Source of the DNA: Asterias rubens
Taxonomy: Eukaryota
Assembly (NCBI RefSeq): GCF_902459465.1
Contig: NC_047075.1
Coordinates: 310,001 to 374,000, forward strand
Length of the DNA stretch: 64,000 bases
Direction of reading: 5' to 3'
The notes under the pieces are model-generated. The model ran no database searches. It saw nothing but the letters and a program-made list of their open reading frames with translations, and had not been told where the DNA came from. Below are positions 1 through 12,488 of this stretch, one piece after another; position 1 is the first letter of the stretch; the number at the start of each line of letters is the position of its first letter. Position numbers and translations under genes: made by a program.

Positions 1-889
1 TTGCATAATGACATAAATGTCAAGACCAGGACTCAAACCCACACTCTTCTGATCAGAAACAACAAAGTCTTGAGTCTAGTGTGTATCAACCGACAGTCAC
101 AACACCAAGTACGTACATTCAAGCGTGTCCTCCGCAACCCCCCCCCCCCCAAATAAAAAAAGTTAAAAAAATTAAAACAGTTTGAAATCTGCCTGATGAT
201 TGCACTGTCTATGATAGATCACAAGCCTTGAATTTCATCTTTGAGACCTCTGGCAAGGCATTTTTAATTTTGCACTGGAAAAATGGGCACCAACATGACC
301 AAGGCCAAGACCAGGGGCAACAGAGGCCATGTCCTACACGTGACCTCCAGGTACATCCAGACCTGACATCAGGGCATTCACAATGGCAGTTGTAATGCCA
401 CAGTAATGTTTTAGTGCCACATAAATATTCCCTGATCGCCTCTTAAAGTGAGTATCTGTATGAAGTTCTTAAGAGTTCTTAAGAGGCTGAGTTGGAAACC
501 TCCTTAGGGAATTTCGTCAGTGATATTTACATTATAAATTAGCCGATTCCAACAGCTATGAATTTCATAAATATTAAATAACAGTAGAGGCCTTCTGTGT
601 TGCTGACGTACATCAGGCACCCTACATGTATGACTTGTGATCTTGTGCGACATTTCTATCTTTGTTTGATGGAATACAAAAATATGTTTTTACCGTAATC
701 AAATTCCATGTTACTGTTATAAATTCTGAGTCATCCTCACACATGCTTGGATGTACACTGTACACATTCATGTAACATAGATAGAGTAGCGTCAGTAGCC
801 TATATGTGTAGGCCCCTACTGAGACAGATATTTTCCTTCTGGATTTGTTTCATTATTTTTTCAAGCATGTTAAGGGAACTTCCCATTGT

Positions 890-1830
890 CAGCTGATACT
901 TCACAGAGGCAGAGGGGCAATGGAGGCACTTGTCATTGCCTTGATGCCCCTTGAAAGTTTCAGGCCCGTTACTTCACAGAAGCAACCAAGAAAATGCCTC
1001 CATGTCCCAGGTCATTGCATTGATGCACCAGTTTCAGGTTTATTACTTCACAGAGGCAATTGCCTCCATGCCATTGGTCATTGCCTTGGTGCACCAGTTT
1101 CAGGTCTGATACTTCACAGAGGCAATTGCCTCCATGCCCCTTGGTCATTGCCTTGGTGCACCAGTTTCAGGTTTATTACTTCACAGAGGCAATTGCCTCC
1201 ATGCCCTTGGTCATTGCCTTGGTGCCCTTGAAATATTCCAGTTTCAGGTCTAATACTTCACAGAGGCAATTGCCTCCATGCCCCTTGGTCATTGCCTTGA
1301 TGCACCAGTTTCAGGTTTATTACTTCACAGAGGCAATTGCCTCCATGCCCTTGGTCATTGCCTCCATGCCCCTGGTCATTGCCCCTTGAATGTTCCAGTT
1401 TCAGGCCTGATACTTCACAGTGACAATTGCCTCCACGATCTTGGTCATTGCCTTGATGCACCAGTTTCAGGTCTGATACTTCACAGAGGCAATTGTCTCC
1501 ATGCCCCCTGGTCATTGCCTTAGTGCCCTTGAAATGTTCCAGTTTCAGGCCTGATACTTCACAGTGACAATTATCTCCATGCCCTTGGTCATTGCCTTGG
1601 TGCACCAGTTTCAGGTCTGATACTTCACAGAGCAATTGCCTCCATGCCGCTTGGTCATTGCCTTGGTGCCCTTGAAATATTCCAGTTTAAGGTCTGATAC
1701 TTCACAGAGGCAATTGCCTCCATGCCCCTGGTCATTGCCCCTTGAATGTTCTTGTTTCAGGTCTGATACTTCACAGTGACAATTGCCTCAATTCTCCTTG
1801 TCATTGCCTAGGTACCCCCTTGAAACATCC
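890..1830 (+). repeat. Tandem array of about 40-65 bp variable units derived from a MITE left end
   Basis: Repeated tttcaggtctgatacttcacagaggcaattgcctccatgccc(c)tggtcattgccttggtgc...; homologous to the dispersed copies at 13855-14020 and 18645-18810. Confidence 0.9.
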
Positions 1831-3289
1831 CTAGATAGAAGTTTACAATATTCCTCATTCGAATGCGTTGTCCAATGGAGAAACCCTTTCAAGAACGAAG
1901 CATCACGCCTGCTTTGTGATTGTACCAAGTCAGTGTAAACATGCAATTGATTTGTACATCTGCAATCTGCATTCTGTGATACTGTTCCAGCCATTTTAAT
2001 TCTGTCCTACATCCATCCCTGATCATCCAGACACTGCAAACTACAACGAACAACAACGTACTAAAGGTGACTGTAGCTTAGCCCTTGAAATAAAGTAGGA
2101 ATACTTTATTGATTACAAGGTCTAGATGTGCAATACGTACACATGTTGTATGCTCTTTTTACACTTCAGGCAATTTATTCACAAATTTCCAGATTTTTCC
2201 CAAGGGCTAAAACAAAATTGGAAAACAGACATTTAAAATCATGTCTGCTGAAGGATGTGTGCATGCGAGGACTATCCAAATGTAAGTCTTTTACAATTAC
2301 ACATGTCTGTGGAGGACTCAACAACAAATTATATGGACATGTAATTAATTTAACAATGATCAGAATTGTTTAATGCATGATTATTTCTTTTTTACACGTA
2401 GTTTCAGCGTCATTTTGGATACCCCCCCATACGTGTGTGTATATGACATTTAACCACGTCACGTTCATACAGAAAATTTTACTTTATCACTGTTAAAATA
2501 TCAGGGGTTAAAGAGTCGCTGCTGATGATCCAAATTGGAATCTGAGATCCAGATCTTAAGAGTCATACAGATTGTACAAACTGGCTGTCTTGCCACCTTT
2601 TGGTAACACATAAAATTATAGATTCCAATGAGCTTTTAGGGCATGTACTTTTTGTACGTATCTGCCCGCGCCCAGGCTTGTTTCCTCAGTACTTTGCTTA
2701 GTGTTTTTACATTATTTGTAATCTTTTTAAAACTATTGTATTGCTTTAAAAGCAAATTTGTTGCTTAAGCAGCTCTATGAAATTGGCCCCAGTTGTTATG
2801 CTTACATGCTTAGAGCTGCTAAAGCAGAAAATGTTGCATATAAAGTTTCTGCTTAGCAAAATTAATCAGGATACCAGTCACAGATTGTACATAATGTGAT
2901 ATGACATTTTGGCTGGTAACCTTATTCTGGTAAGCATAGTTTTTGTGTGCTTAGCTAAATTGTGTACCTAAGCATCTCTATCAAATTGGGGCCAGGTTGT
3001 AGTGGATTTGTGTCCCCTTGATGTACCTTGAGCATCTCAGCTAGTCCTTTAATTTAAGCTTTTTTGAATTTGGACACAGCTTGGCTGGTAAGCCAAGTTC
3101 TTTATATTTTGGTGCTGTTGCCCTGGTTTACTATAGTCTTCACCAGGACACTAGCACCATGCGCTTAGAAACGTAGTATTAAGCGCGGTATAAATTTGTA
3201 TTATTATTATTATTATTAGGCAATTTCTGCTATTTCTGTGCTTAGCAAGTTTATGCTCTATGGAATTGGGGCCAGTGGATCTAACACAC

Positions 3290-6200
3290 CTTAAGCATCT
3301 CAGCCAGTCCTTTAGTACTCTGTATAGCCATTACATTCTGCACTTTCTTAGGTAGTTCCTTCAAGATGAGATCCTCGGCAATCAGCGCTCTAAAGCCATA
3401 CATATGGACGAGGTCATCAACGATGCGACCCTTCTTGGATCCTGGACCGCCTGCAGGGTGACAAGGGAGGTTGAGAATGGAAACAAGTTATTGCTATAGA
3501 GCATTAATATCAAGGGTATGATGGACGGATCTGGATGTTTTAAAGGGATAGTTGAGTACACTCACTTGGTTAACAGTAGTATTTCAGTGTGCACAAACCA
3601 TTCAGAGGTTTTTAATAGTACTTTTAATGTGTAATTGTTTTCTTTAAATATGAGAAAATAGAATTAGCTGTTCCAAACTGCTTACCAACCAAAGGAACCA
3701 ATGGTACATGTTTAAATGCATACAAAAGTGGCCTGGATACACTTTTGCAAGGGATTATATCAGGGCTCCAACACGTGTACACTGGACCACAGGCCAACCC
3801 AAGGTCTGTGAGTTTAGGGTTGGGCAAGTGAACTGACGACTGACCAAGTCCAGTTGGTCTTTTGTTTGTAAATTGAATTAATACGGAAATACCCCACAGT
3901 TGAGTGAATTTTTATAATTAAAAAAAAAACCTTCTTTGAAGTGTAAAAAAAAATCAAAATAATGAATATTCCATATATTATTCTTGTATATTTTATTTGA
4001 TGATCTGCCTGCCATTAGTAATAGTACTATTGTTTTGTTCATACAGTAGAGGCTGAAATTCTCCCACATTGTCTCCTCAATAATCCACTCTGTGCATTGA
4101 AATTATCCCAATAATGGTCTCAATAAGCCACTCTGTGAATTGAAACTCCCCAAATAACGTTCTTGATAAAGCTAGCCAGCGCAATGAAATTCCCTTAATA
4201 TTGTTCTTGATATAGCTAGCTAGCGCATTGAAATTCTCCTAAATATTGTTCTTGATAAAGCTAGCCAGCGCATTGAAAGGAAAACCCTGCATAAAAGTCA
4301 ACATAATATTAGAATAGACTGGCCTCCAGGCCAACAATCCCCACTCAAGCATAATAAAGCCAACATCTGCAAATCAATGGCACAATATGCAGTTCGAAAA
4401 TTATAAAAACATAATATTAAACAGATTTAGGGGAAGATTTGTTTTAAGTAGCGCTATGGAATTTTAACTGGATTTAATTTGAAGGATTTTTTCAACACAT
4501 ATGTGGGGAGATTTAATTAAAGGTACAACTTTTAAAACAAATTGTTTGAAAGATCATGGGGGTACATACGCGTACAACATCATGAATACATTAATATTCC
4601 AACCTTCAAAAACAACACACAAACAAACCAACAATGTTTAAAGATTTTATCAAATTTTCAGATCATTGTTTGTTTTTGTTTGTTTAGATGATCTTCCCAA
4701 CAACAACGCTAACGCTCCCGCAAGGGGTGTTAACACCTGTCAATAGACAATCTCTCTCAATACAAACATTCGTTTATCATCTACATGTATGATTATAAGT
4801 GGCACAAATCAATAAGTTGTGATTCAATTACTAAATGCAATGCACTGAGTTTGAGCATGCTCGTATCAGGCTTTTGTACATCTATCACAACTTACATGTA
4901 GTCAGTGTAAAAATCTGAAATAGCACTAAAGTTGCGTGCAAATTACACATAAAAAAGCACACAGCGACAAAAATGATGTACTAGTACAATAGACATTACA
5001 CAAGGGATGGCAACTGTGTACTCTGTTCATTTCCCCCTGGAAAAATCGCAAAAAGCATAAATTGAACATGGGTAGAGGTGGGGAAAAGTTCCCCAGCAAT
5101 TTCCAGAGTTTCATTTCTTGCGAACATAGCTATTTGTTTACAAATTATTTAATAACACACCGATACATAAAAAGGAAAATAAAAACTCAAAGAAGGGATC
5201 TTCTAAACAACGTTTACAGATCTATATTAAATATATGTTTATGTTGTATTTTCTCCATTGGTTATCGTCTTTAAAAGTCTTAAGTGTGGAAACGGTTGTA
5301 CATCTTTTCTGTATGCTATTTTGGTTCTGCCCGTATTCCAAACTTGAAATTCCAATCAGACAACACTTGGTCAATCGTAGAAAATGAAGTCTCTCTACTG
5401 ACTCCATGTGATGTCATTTCTGTATTTAATACTCAGCCTTGAAAACACCATGCTGCATAATTAAATTCCATCTTCGGTGAAAGCATTAACATAATATTGT
5501 TATAATAAAACAATAAAGTACAGGGTGTTGTACGAATACAGACCTGCAATATACTTGAATAACATTTTCAATGTAATTCAAACAGAACTGAGTTCTCCTT
5601 TCGTAACGAAAAAATGTAGGTAATGTAATGTCGATTTCTATTGGAGCATCTTAGGGGGCATCAAGGCACAAGCAGGAGCAACAAGGAAATTGCCTCCAGT
5701 GCCTTGAAGAAGTAAGTTTGGTAATGTGATGTGGATTTCTATTGGATCACCTTAAGGGGCATCAAGGCACAAGCAGGAGCAACAAGGAAATTGCCTCCAG
5801 TGCCTTGAAGAAGTAAGTTTGGTAATGTGATGTGGATTTCTATTGGACCACCTTAGGGGGCATCAAGGCACAAGCAGGAGCAACAAGGAAATTGCCTCCA
5901 GTGCCTTGAAGAAGTAAGTTTGGTAATGTGATGTGGATTTCTATTGGACCACCTTAGGGTGCATCAAGGCACAAGCAGGAGCAACAAGGAAATTGCCTCC
6001 AGTGCCTTGAAGAAGTAAGTTTCAATAGGTAATGTGATGTGGATTTCTATTGGACCACCTTAGGGGGCATCAAGGCACAAGCAGTGAGCAACAAGGAAAT
6101 TGCCTCCAGTGCCTTGAAGAAGTAAGTTTCAATAGGTAATGTGATGCGGATTTCTATTGGACCACCTTAGGGGGCATCAAGGCACAAGCAGGAGCAACAA

Positions 6201-9200
6201 GGAAATTGCCTCCAGTGCCTTGAAGAAGTAAGTTTGGTAATGTGATGTGGATTTCTATTAGAGCACCTTAGGGGGCATCAAGGCACAAGCAGGAGCAACA
6301 AGGAAATTGCCTCCAGTGCCTTGAAGAAATAAGTTTGGTAATGTGATGTGGATTTCTATTGGAGCACCTTAGGGGGCATCAAGGCACAAGCAGGAGCAAC
6401 AAGGAAATTGCCTCCAGTGCCTTGAAGAAGTAAGTTTCAATAGGTAATGTGATGTGGATTTCTATTGGACCACCTTAGGGGGCATCAAGGCACAAGCAGG
6501 AGCAACAAGGAAATTGCCTCCAGTGCCTTGAAGAAATAAGTTTGGTAATGTGATGTGGATTTCTATTGGACCACCTTAGGGGGCATCAAGGCACAAGCAG
6601 GAGCAACAAGGAAATTGCCTCCAGTGCCTTGAAGAAGTAAGTTTCAATAGGTAATGTGATGTGGATTTCTATTGGACCACCTTAAGGGGCATCAAGGCAC
6701 AAGCAGGAGCAACAAGGAAATTGCCTCCAGTGCCTTGATGAAGTAAGTTTCAAGCCCTTCAGGCCCGGGCCCGATTTTATAAGGTTTCTTAGCAAAAAAT
6801 GCTCTTCAGCAAATTGCTCAGCTCAACAATATGAGTGGGGCACCAGTGGTAACAGAAACGTTGGCTTGTAACCTGTTTCTGCTAAGTACATGTAGCATTT
6901 TTCTCTGTTAAGCAAGATTTTGTGATTACAGGGCCCAATTTCACAGAGCTGCTTAAACACAAAATTCTGCTTTTAAAAGCAAAATAATCCATGCTTAGTA
7001 AAATCAGAATACTAGCCAAGACTCCACTCATTTGTTAATGCTAAGTAAACAATAGCTAAATACCAGTCACAAGCAATGTCTATGGCATGAAATTTTGGCC
7101 AGTAACATGTGTAAAATAAGCAAGCTATTTTCGTGCTTAAGCGACTCTATTAAATTGGCACCTGGGCTGCTTCACAGGGTGCCATGTAATGTGCACGCAT
7201 AAAGCACTATCAATGTATTGGCCTCTGCTCACTCTCATCAAGCTCACTGTCTGATTAATACTATGTGAAAATGATGTGTTGATTACAAAACAGGATGTTT
7301 TTATTATTCTGTGACTGATAGTTGATAAACACTTTCATTACAATACCCTTTAATTTAATATTCCGCTCAGTCTTACCCAACGGATTCCACACTGTCCATG
7401 TCTAATGAACATTGTGCATTTTAATCAGCCACTTTCCAATAAAGTGTTATTAATGTATTCATATGCGCGCACACGCACGTTAGTAAACAAAGTGTGTTTT
7501 CAACTCCTAACATGCCTAAGTCTTTTTTGTGTGGGAAGCTACGGTCCAATGGTTGGCACACGAGAATAAAATGTGGACGGCCTGGTCTACAGATTAAAGC
7601 TATAGGGCAGTCTGCCAATATAAATCATTTCAAAACATTCCAATTTCTCTTGAAAATAACAGCTGGATACTAAGGGATGGTCCTTATTTGCTTTTTTTAT
7701 GGGAATGTGAATCATTGGTCTACATACAGATCACAAAATATTTAATCATTAGTTTTAAAAAATGTTTTCATTTTTAACTTCAATTCTTTTTAATAATAAT
7801 AAGACCTGCACATTTGTGTATTAAATACCAAAACTATTCATGCAATATGTACGAGGTGAGAACAGACTTTACATTATAATAGATGTTAAATTTGCATCGG
7901 GGATAAAGAATATTAATTTTGGTTTTTAGCCATACATCAGGGCTCAAGACTTTACATACTCAGGGCTTGAGGCCAGTGTGTCTAGCTCCAGGTCAGTAAA
8001 CTTTATGAACAGACAAGTCCGGCAGAAGTCAAAGACTTAAATGAGAATTTTAAATATTCTCTCAGTGCTTGTTAAAAAAGAAATTCTTCTAAACATTCAT
8101 TGACAACCACATTGCTACCGCAAACTAAATATACATTGATACCTCACCATGCAATGCCTCAAATCCTGTACACATTGCAATTGCACTAGATTCTACAAAC
8201 TGTACATAAACTTCACATGTTTTATTTTATTTGATGTTGCCATCCAATTGAAAATGAAGGCATTAAATGATTAGTGTTGGGATGGGGTGGAGGGGTCGGA
8301 TCCTTAGTGCATTACTTTCTTCTTTATTTCTTCTACACGTACTTTGGTACTTGGCATAGTCCTTCAGTCAGGATGCAAACGCCATTGTTTGTTTACAAAC
8401 ACGAGACCTGACAGACAGTAAGGTTGGGGGGGGGGGGTAACACTAACAAATTTACAGTACTAGAAATACAACTTTTTATGAACAATTATTTTGTATGTTT
8501 TGTAGGAGCAAGACAAATCTTAACTCTAATGGTCACTTCTTCGTCATGACAATAAGGGATCGACAATAACCAGTCAAAGATTATAAACATAGGGTTTTAA
8601 AATAAAATATTGTATGCTATTTAAATAAATTATTCAAGCAATCGCACAACATCTGTAAACAGTATTGCCCAAAGGCCCACAACTTTTATATAAAATAACA
8701 AACCTGTGAACATTTAGGCTCAATCGGTCATCGGAGTCGGGAGAAATAAACGGGAAAACCCACCCTTGTTTCCGCAAGTTTCGCCATGTCATGACATGTG
8801 TTTTAAAGTGTGGTTAACATTTTATTGCTCAAATTGCAAGATGTCAGTGCAAGTAATAAATTAATAACGGAGCGTCCCACCCACACACGTCACCAGCCAG
8901 GGCTAAATATGATATGAGCTATTTATTTGTATTATGTTTGTTTACTTTAAAAAATAAAATGACAATCATTATCATTGCATCAATGCAATGTTAATGTTAT
9001 TAACTTAGCAAAGGATGGCTCAACTTTTTGTTTTAACTTAAAACTTTTATATTTCAAGTTATTCAAGTTCAACATGTTAAAATGCAACAAGCATGACTCA
9101 TGCACGACTGTGCCAAGAGACTGAGCTGTTCTGTTGAGTCAAAATCAAGACAAACAATTATTTATTTGGATTTTGGTAACTGAACATTATATAACTAATT

Positions 9201-9387
9201 TGTCTTCGAGCATGTCGAGTAAAATGTAATGTATGTACTTACCAAACACGAAGACAACGAGTGTTTCATCCTTGGAGACTTCTTCAACATGTTGACCGAC
9301 CCGAATGCTCACTTTTGGACGGCGGTGAAAAAAACCGTGCTCCTCCTCCTTCCGCCCCTCGGTTTCCGAGCTATTTCCACAACCCAT
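3290..9387 (-). CDS. Adenylate kinase (NMP kinase)-like protein with an N-terminal MGCxxS acylation motif; 5' two coding exons only
   Basis: Exon 1 is 9387-9243 (MGCGNSSETEGRKEEEHGFFHRRPKVSIRVGQHVEEVSKDETLVVFVF, donor G|GTAAGT, phase 1). It joins in frame to exon 2, 3450-3290 (acceptor TGCAG; GGPGSKKGRIVDDLVHMYGFRALIAEDLILKELPKKVQNVMAIQSTKGLAEMLK; donor AAG|GTGTGT). VVFVFGGPGS.KG followed by a helix and YGF matches the NMP-kinase beta1/P-loop region. I could not find downstream exons with confidence; they probably lie left of the window. Confidence 0.8.
4063..4280. repeat. Degenerate tandem repeat, about 44 bp x5
   Basis: Units such as ctagccagcgcattgaaattcccttaatattgttcttgataaag, diverging toward the left. 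Confidence 0.75.
5620..6760 (-). repeat. Tandem array of 101-107 bp units, about 11 copies
   Basis: Unit gtaatgtgatgtggatttctattggaccaccttagggggcatcaaggcacaagcaggagcaacaaggaaattgcctccagtgccttgaagaagtaagttt(g/caatag); unit starts at 5721, 5822, 5923, 6029, 6136 and so on. Confidence 0.95.
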
Positions 9388-9597
9388 TTCTTGACAAAGT
9401 CTCAGATTTGCAGAGCAAAAAACATCACTAAACAACTTTTTAAGAACTTTAGACGATCAATTCGGAAGAGCTTTCGTGTAATTTTAAAGCAATTAGCTAG
9501 AACACCGTTGTATTTGCCGTGATGTTTAGAAGAGGATCGCCCACTTTTACGGACGGTGCAAGTTCAGAGCGCAGCAGACATCTCATTTTAATTTTTC

Positions 9598-9609
9598 CAA
9601 AATGGCGGC
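9598..9609 (+). promoter_or_regulatory. YY1-type motif near the 5' end of the AK-like gene
   Basis: CAAAATGGCGGC about 210 bp upstream of the ATG at 9387, in a locally CpG-rich stretch. Confidence 0.35.
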
Positions 9610-10769
9610 TTCGTGTTGCCATGAGGCTCGTTCCAACGTGATATTTTGTCATACATTATCCATTAAAAATTAACAACTATGTTTGTACAAATTAATAAAA
9701 AAAAAATAACAAGGGGCATTGGATTTTTTATGTAGTAAAATTAAATAAACAAGTTTGTTTTGTTATACATTAATGACAAAAATATAACCAGGCCGAGGAG
9801 AGTACCAATTTGTAAATACCGCAAACGAACGTCATGCAATATTCGTCAAATACCGTCAACTACCGTTACTCACTAACCACACAATCCTATCCACACTACA
9901 CTTGTTTTTCTTCTGCAAACCTGTGCATTTTAATAATATCCCGGGTCGCTTAATATGTTTTTACTTAAGGTAATCAATATTGGTCAATCACTAACTATTA
10001 GTCAAGCTATTATGAATACATATATCTTCCAATTTGGTTTAAAGTCTTGAACTTGCTTGAAGGGGTGGGGTGGGTTGTATTCTACAAGGAGCTCTTTCAA
10101 AGGTCTTTTCCAAATTGCAAAATATTTTCCATAAAACAAAACCCAAACAGTGAAATCAAGAGATAATACAATCTTACATAAGTGATGGGCAGCACTCCAA
10201 TTAATAAATAAATCACAGCACAAAAATTAATTTAAAGTCTTTCGTTTATTTTCCAACAACCAATTGTTAAATTTTCCATCATGATTTTCTTCTAATATCA
10301 CCACTAAACAAAAGTGAATATTTTAGTTTACAGGGCAGTTATTGAACACTACTAAATTTGAATGAGCTTACAGCTACACAAAGCCTAGTTGCGATAACTT
10401 AACCCTCTTGCCGTCGGTAGGAGGGTTACGTTATCGCAACTACACAAAGCCATGATCAACCATAGCTTCCTTTAAAGAACACTTGTTATTTAGGTTTAAT
10501 AGCTTTCACAACTCCTAGTGAAAGATGAAAACTTGCTTAAACAGCTGATCTATGTGTACGTGTAATAAAGATTTGCATTTATTAGGTATTTTTAACCCAT
10601 ATCATGTGCATATCTTACACTATTACTACCCACTGTTCATTGGGTTTCTGCAACACTCTCAACTCCTTTGGAGTATGCAGCCCGGGCAGCGGAATTATCA
10701 CACAGGTTGCTATTAATAAAACATCAACTATCTCTGCCCTCACAGGTACCCATTTACCCCTGGGTGAAG

Positions 10770-11050
10770 AGAAGCAATAATAGTTTTAGTCTTGGTCAGG
10801 GACACAATGGTCACTACCGGGATTCAAACTCTGCTGAACAGAAGCACCAGAGCTTGAGTTCGGTGCTCTTATATCCTCTCGGCCACGACACCCTACAGAT
10901 ACCCATTTACCCCTGGGTGATGAGAAGCAATCATAGTAAGTGTCTTGCCAAGAACACAAGTGTCAAGACCAGGATTCGAACCCTCACTCTGACGACTCAG
11001 CCAGCAGAGCTCGAGTTTGAAGCTCTAGAACGCTCCGCCATGACGCCCTA
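10770..11050 (-). mobile_element. Two tandem tRNA-like SINE fragments
   Basis: Repeated cagataccc atttacccctgggtga.gagaagcaat...gtctt...caggacacaa...gggattc(a/g)aac; similar sequence at 1-100 and 17652-17720. Confidence 0.6.
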
Positions 11051-12325
11051 CAAATCACTTCAGCATTGAATTGCACTGAGAGAAATAACTTAAATATTAC
11101 AATAAAAAAACACACAAAGAAAATAAATACATACAATTCAGCAGCATGTTTTCAACTATGATAAAAGTTCCTATTTAGCAGGAAACCAATTCAGTTGAAC
11201 ACAGCCAACGATACATGATTTGAATACATGAGCAAATACAGTAACTTTCAATAAATGTTGATATCAACGCTTAGATAAATAAGTATCTAGTAAAAGATTA
11301 TATGAGGTTATTAAACAAAATTTTGTAGAGTACTCTTTGTAAAATGAAAATTAATAAATCCTTATGCTCATGATATGATGATCAATGAACACCAGGAAAG
11401 AAAGTCACCAAATACAAACATCATGCAGCGGTTCAGACATTTTTAAGTGTGCTCTGATACTTTCGGAGTCTTCTCAGGACCTATGTACGCAAACTGGATC
11501 AATCTAGCGACCTCAACATGGAAACGGCGTGAGCTCAATAGAGAATGTCCAAACTGCTACAGAGATTACTCTTTAGTGCCTTTCGGAAACATTGCGACGA
11601 GCCATTGCGCATTTGAGTGTAATAGACAGAAAATAACAAATTCGTATTGAATATAGTAATTATGTCAACTTGTTGAAACTGGAAACTGGAAAATTGAATC
11701 ATGCTAATTAGTAAAATATTTTTTCAGAAGAAAATGGCATACCTCATCATAATTCATCTTCAGTTTTAACAAGTTACTGGGAGCAAGACATGGGAGTATA
11801 GTGAAGGTGTATACATTCATAATAATAAATTCACTACAATATTTAATAAGAAGTACTGCAACTGTCGCTATTTTGAACAAGCCGTTCTAGCGGCTGTGAC
11901 TTGTGGCTTGATCACCATGTCAACATGTATTGAAGTATACAAGTGGGCTGCCCTTAACAACATCCCAAGCAACAGCCACAGCCACCAATTCAGAAACAAC
12001 ATTAGTTTCAATAAATAAAAACAAAGATGGCTACCACACCACGATATAAAAGTCCATAGCAAATAATGGAAAATATTTCAATAATATTCACTCAAAAGTT
12101 AGAATAGTTAAAGGGAGTGTAGTAGGTTACCGATCCTAATAAATATATGTACATAAACTCCACTAACTTCAAGCACACAACTAGTTCTATAATACTATTA
12201 CAAATTATTAAAAACACTTAGCGTTTTTTGTGGAGAAATTCACAGATTTGCTTCTCCCATCAAAGTCTCATAAACCTGTATTCATAAAAACCTCAGACAG
12301 TTGACCGAAAAAGTATTTATGAATG

Positions 12326-12488
12326 GGAATCAAAGTGTGTTGAATCGTTTCAACCAGTGGTTTAAACCCGCCAAGGCCTGGTTCTTGATAATTTACCTCG
12401 ACTTCGTCTCGGTAAAATTATCAAGAACCAGACTACGTTGGGATTAAACCACTAGTTGGAAACCTCTTCACCACACATTGATTCCCTT
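12326..12488. mobile_element. Palindromic MITE
   Basis: gggaatcaaagtgtg...tggttcttgataatttacc / ggtaaaattatcaagaacca...cacacattgattccc. Confidence 0.7.

Noticed and set aside
845-1635. Overlapping ORFs of 81-128 aa in several frames
   Set aside because: They are translations of the tandem array, open in multiple frames on both strands, with no splice or domain support.
1788-2040. Candidate third exon of the AK-like gene
   Set aside because: The phase-0 frames after the available acceptors hit stops, no AK motifs are present, and part of the region is a MITE body.
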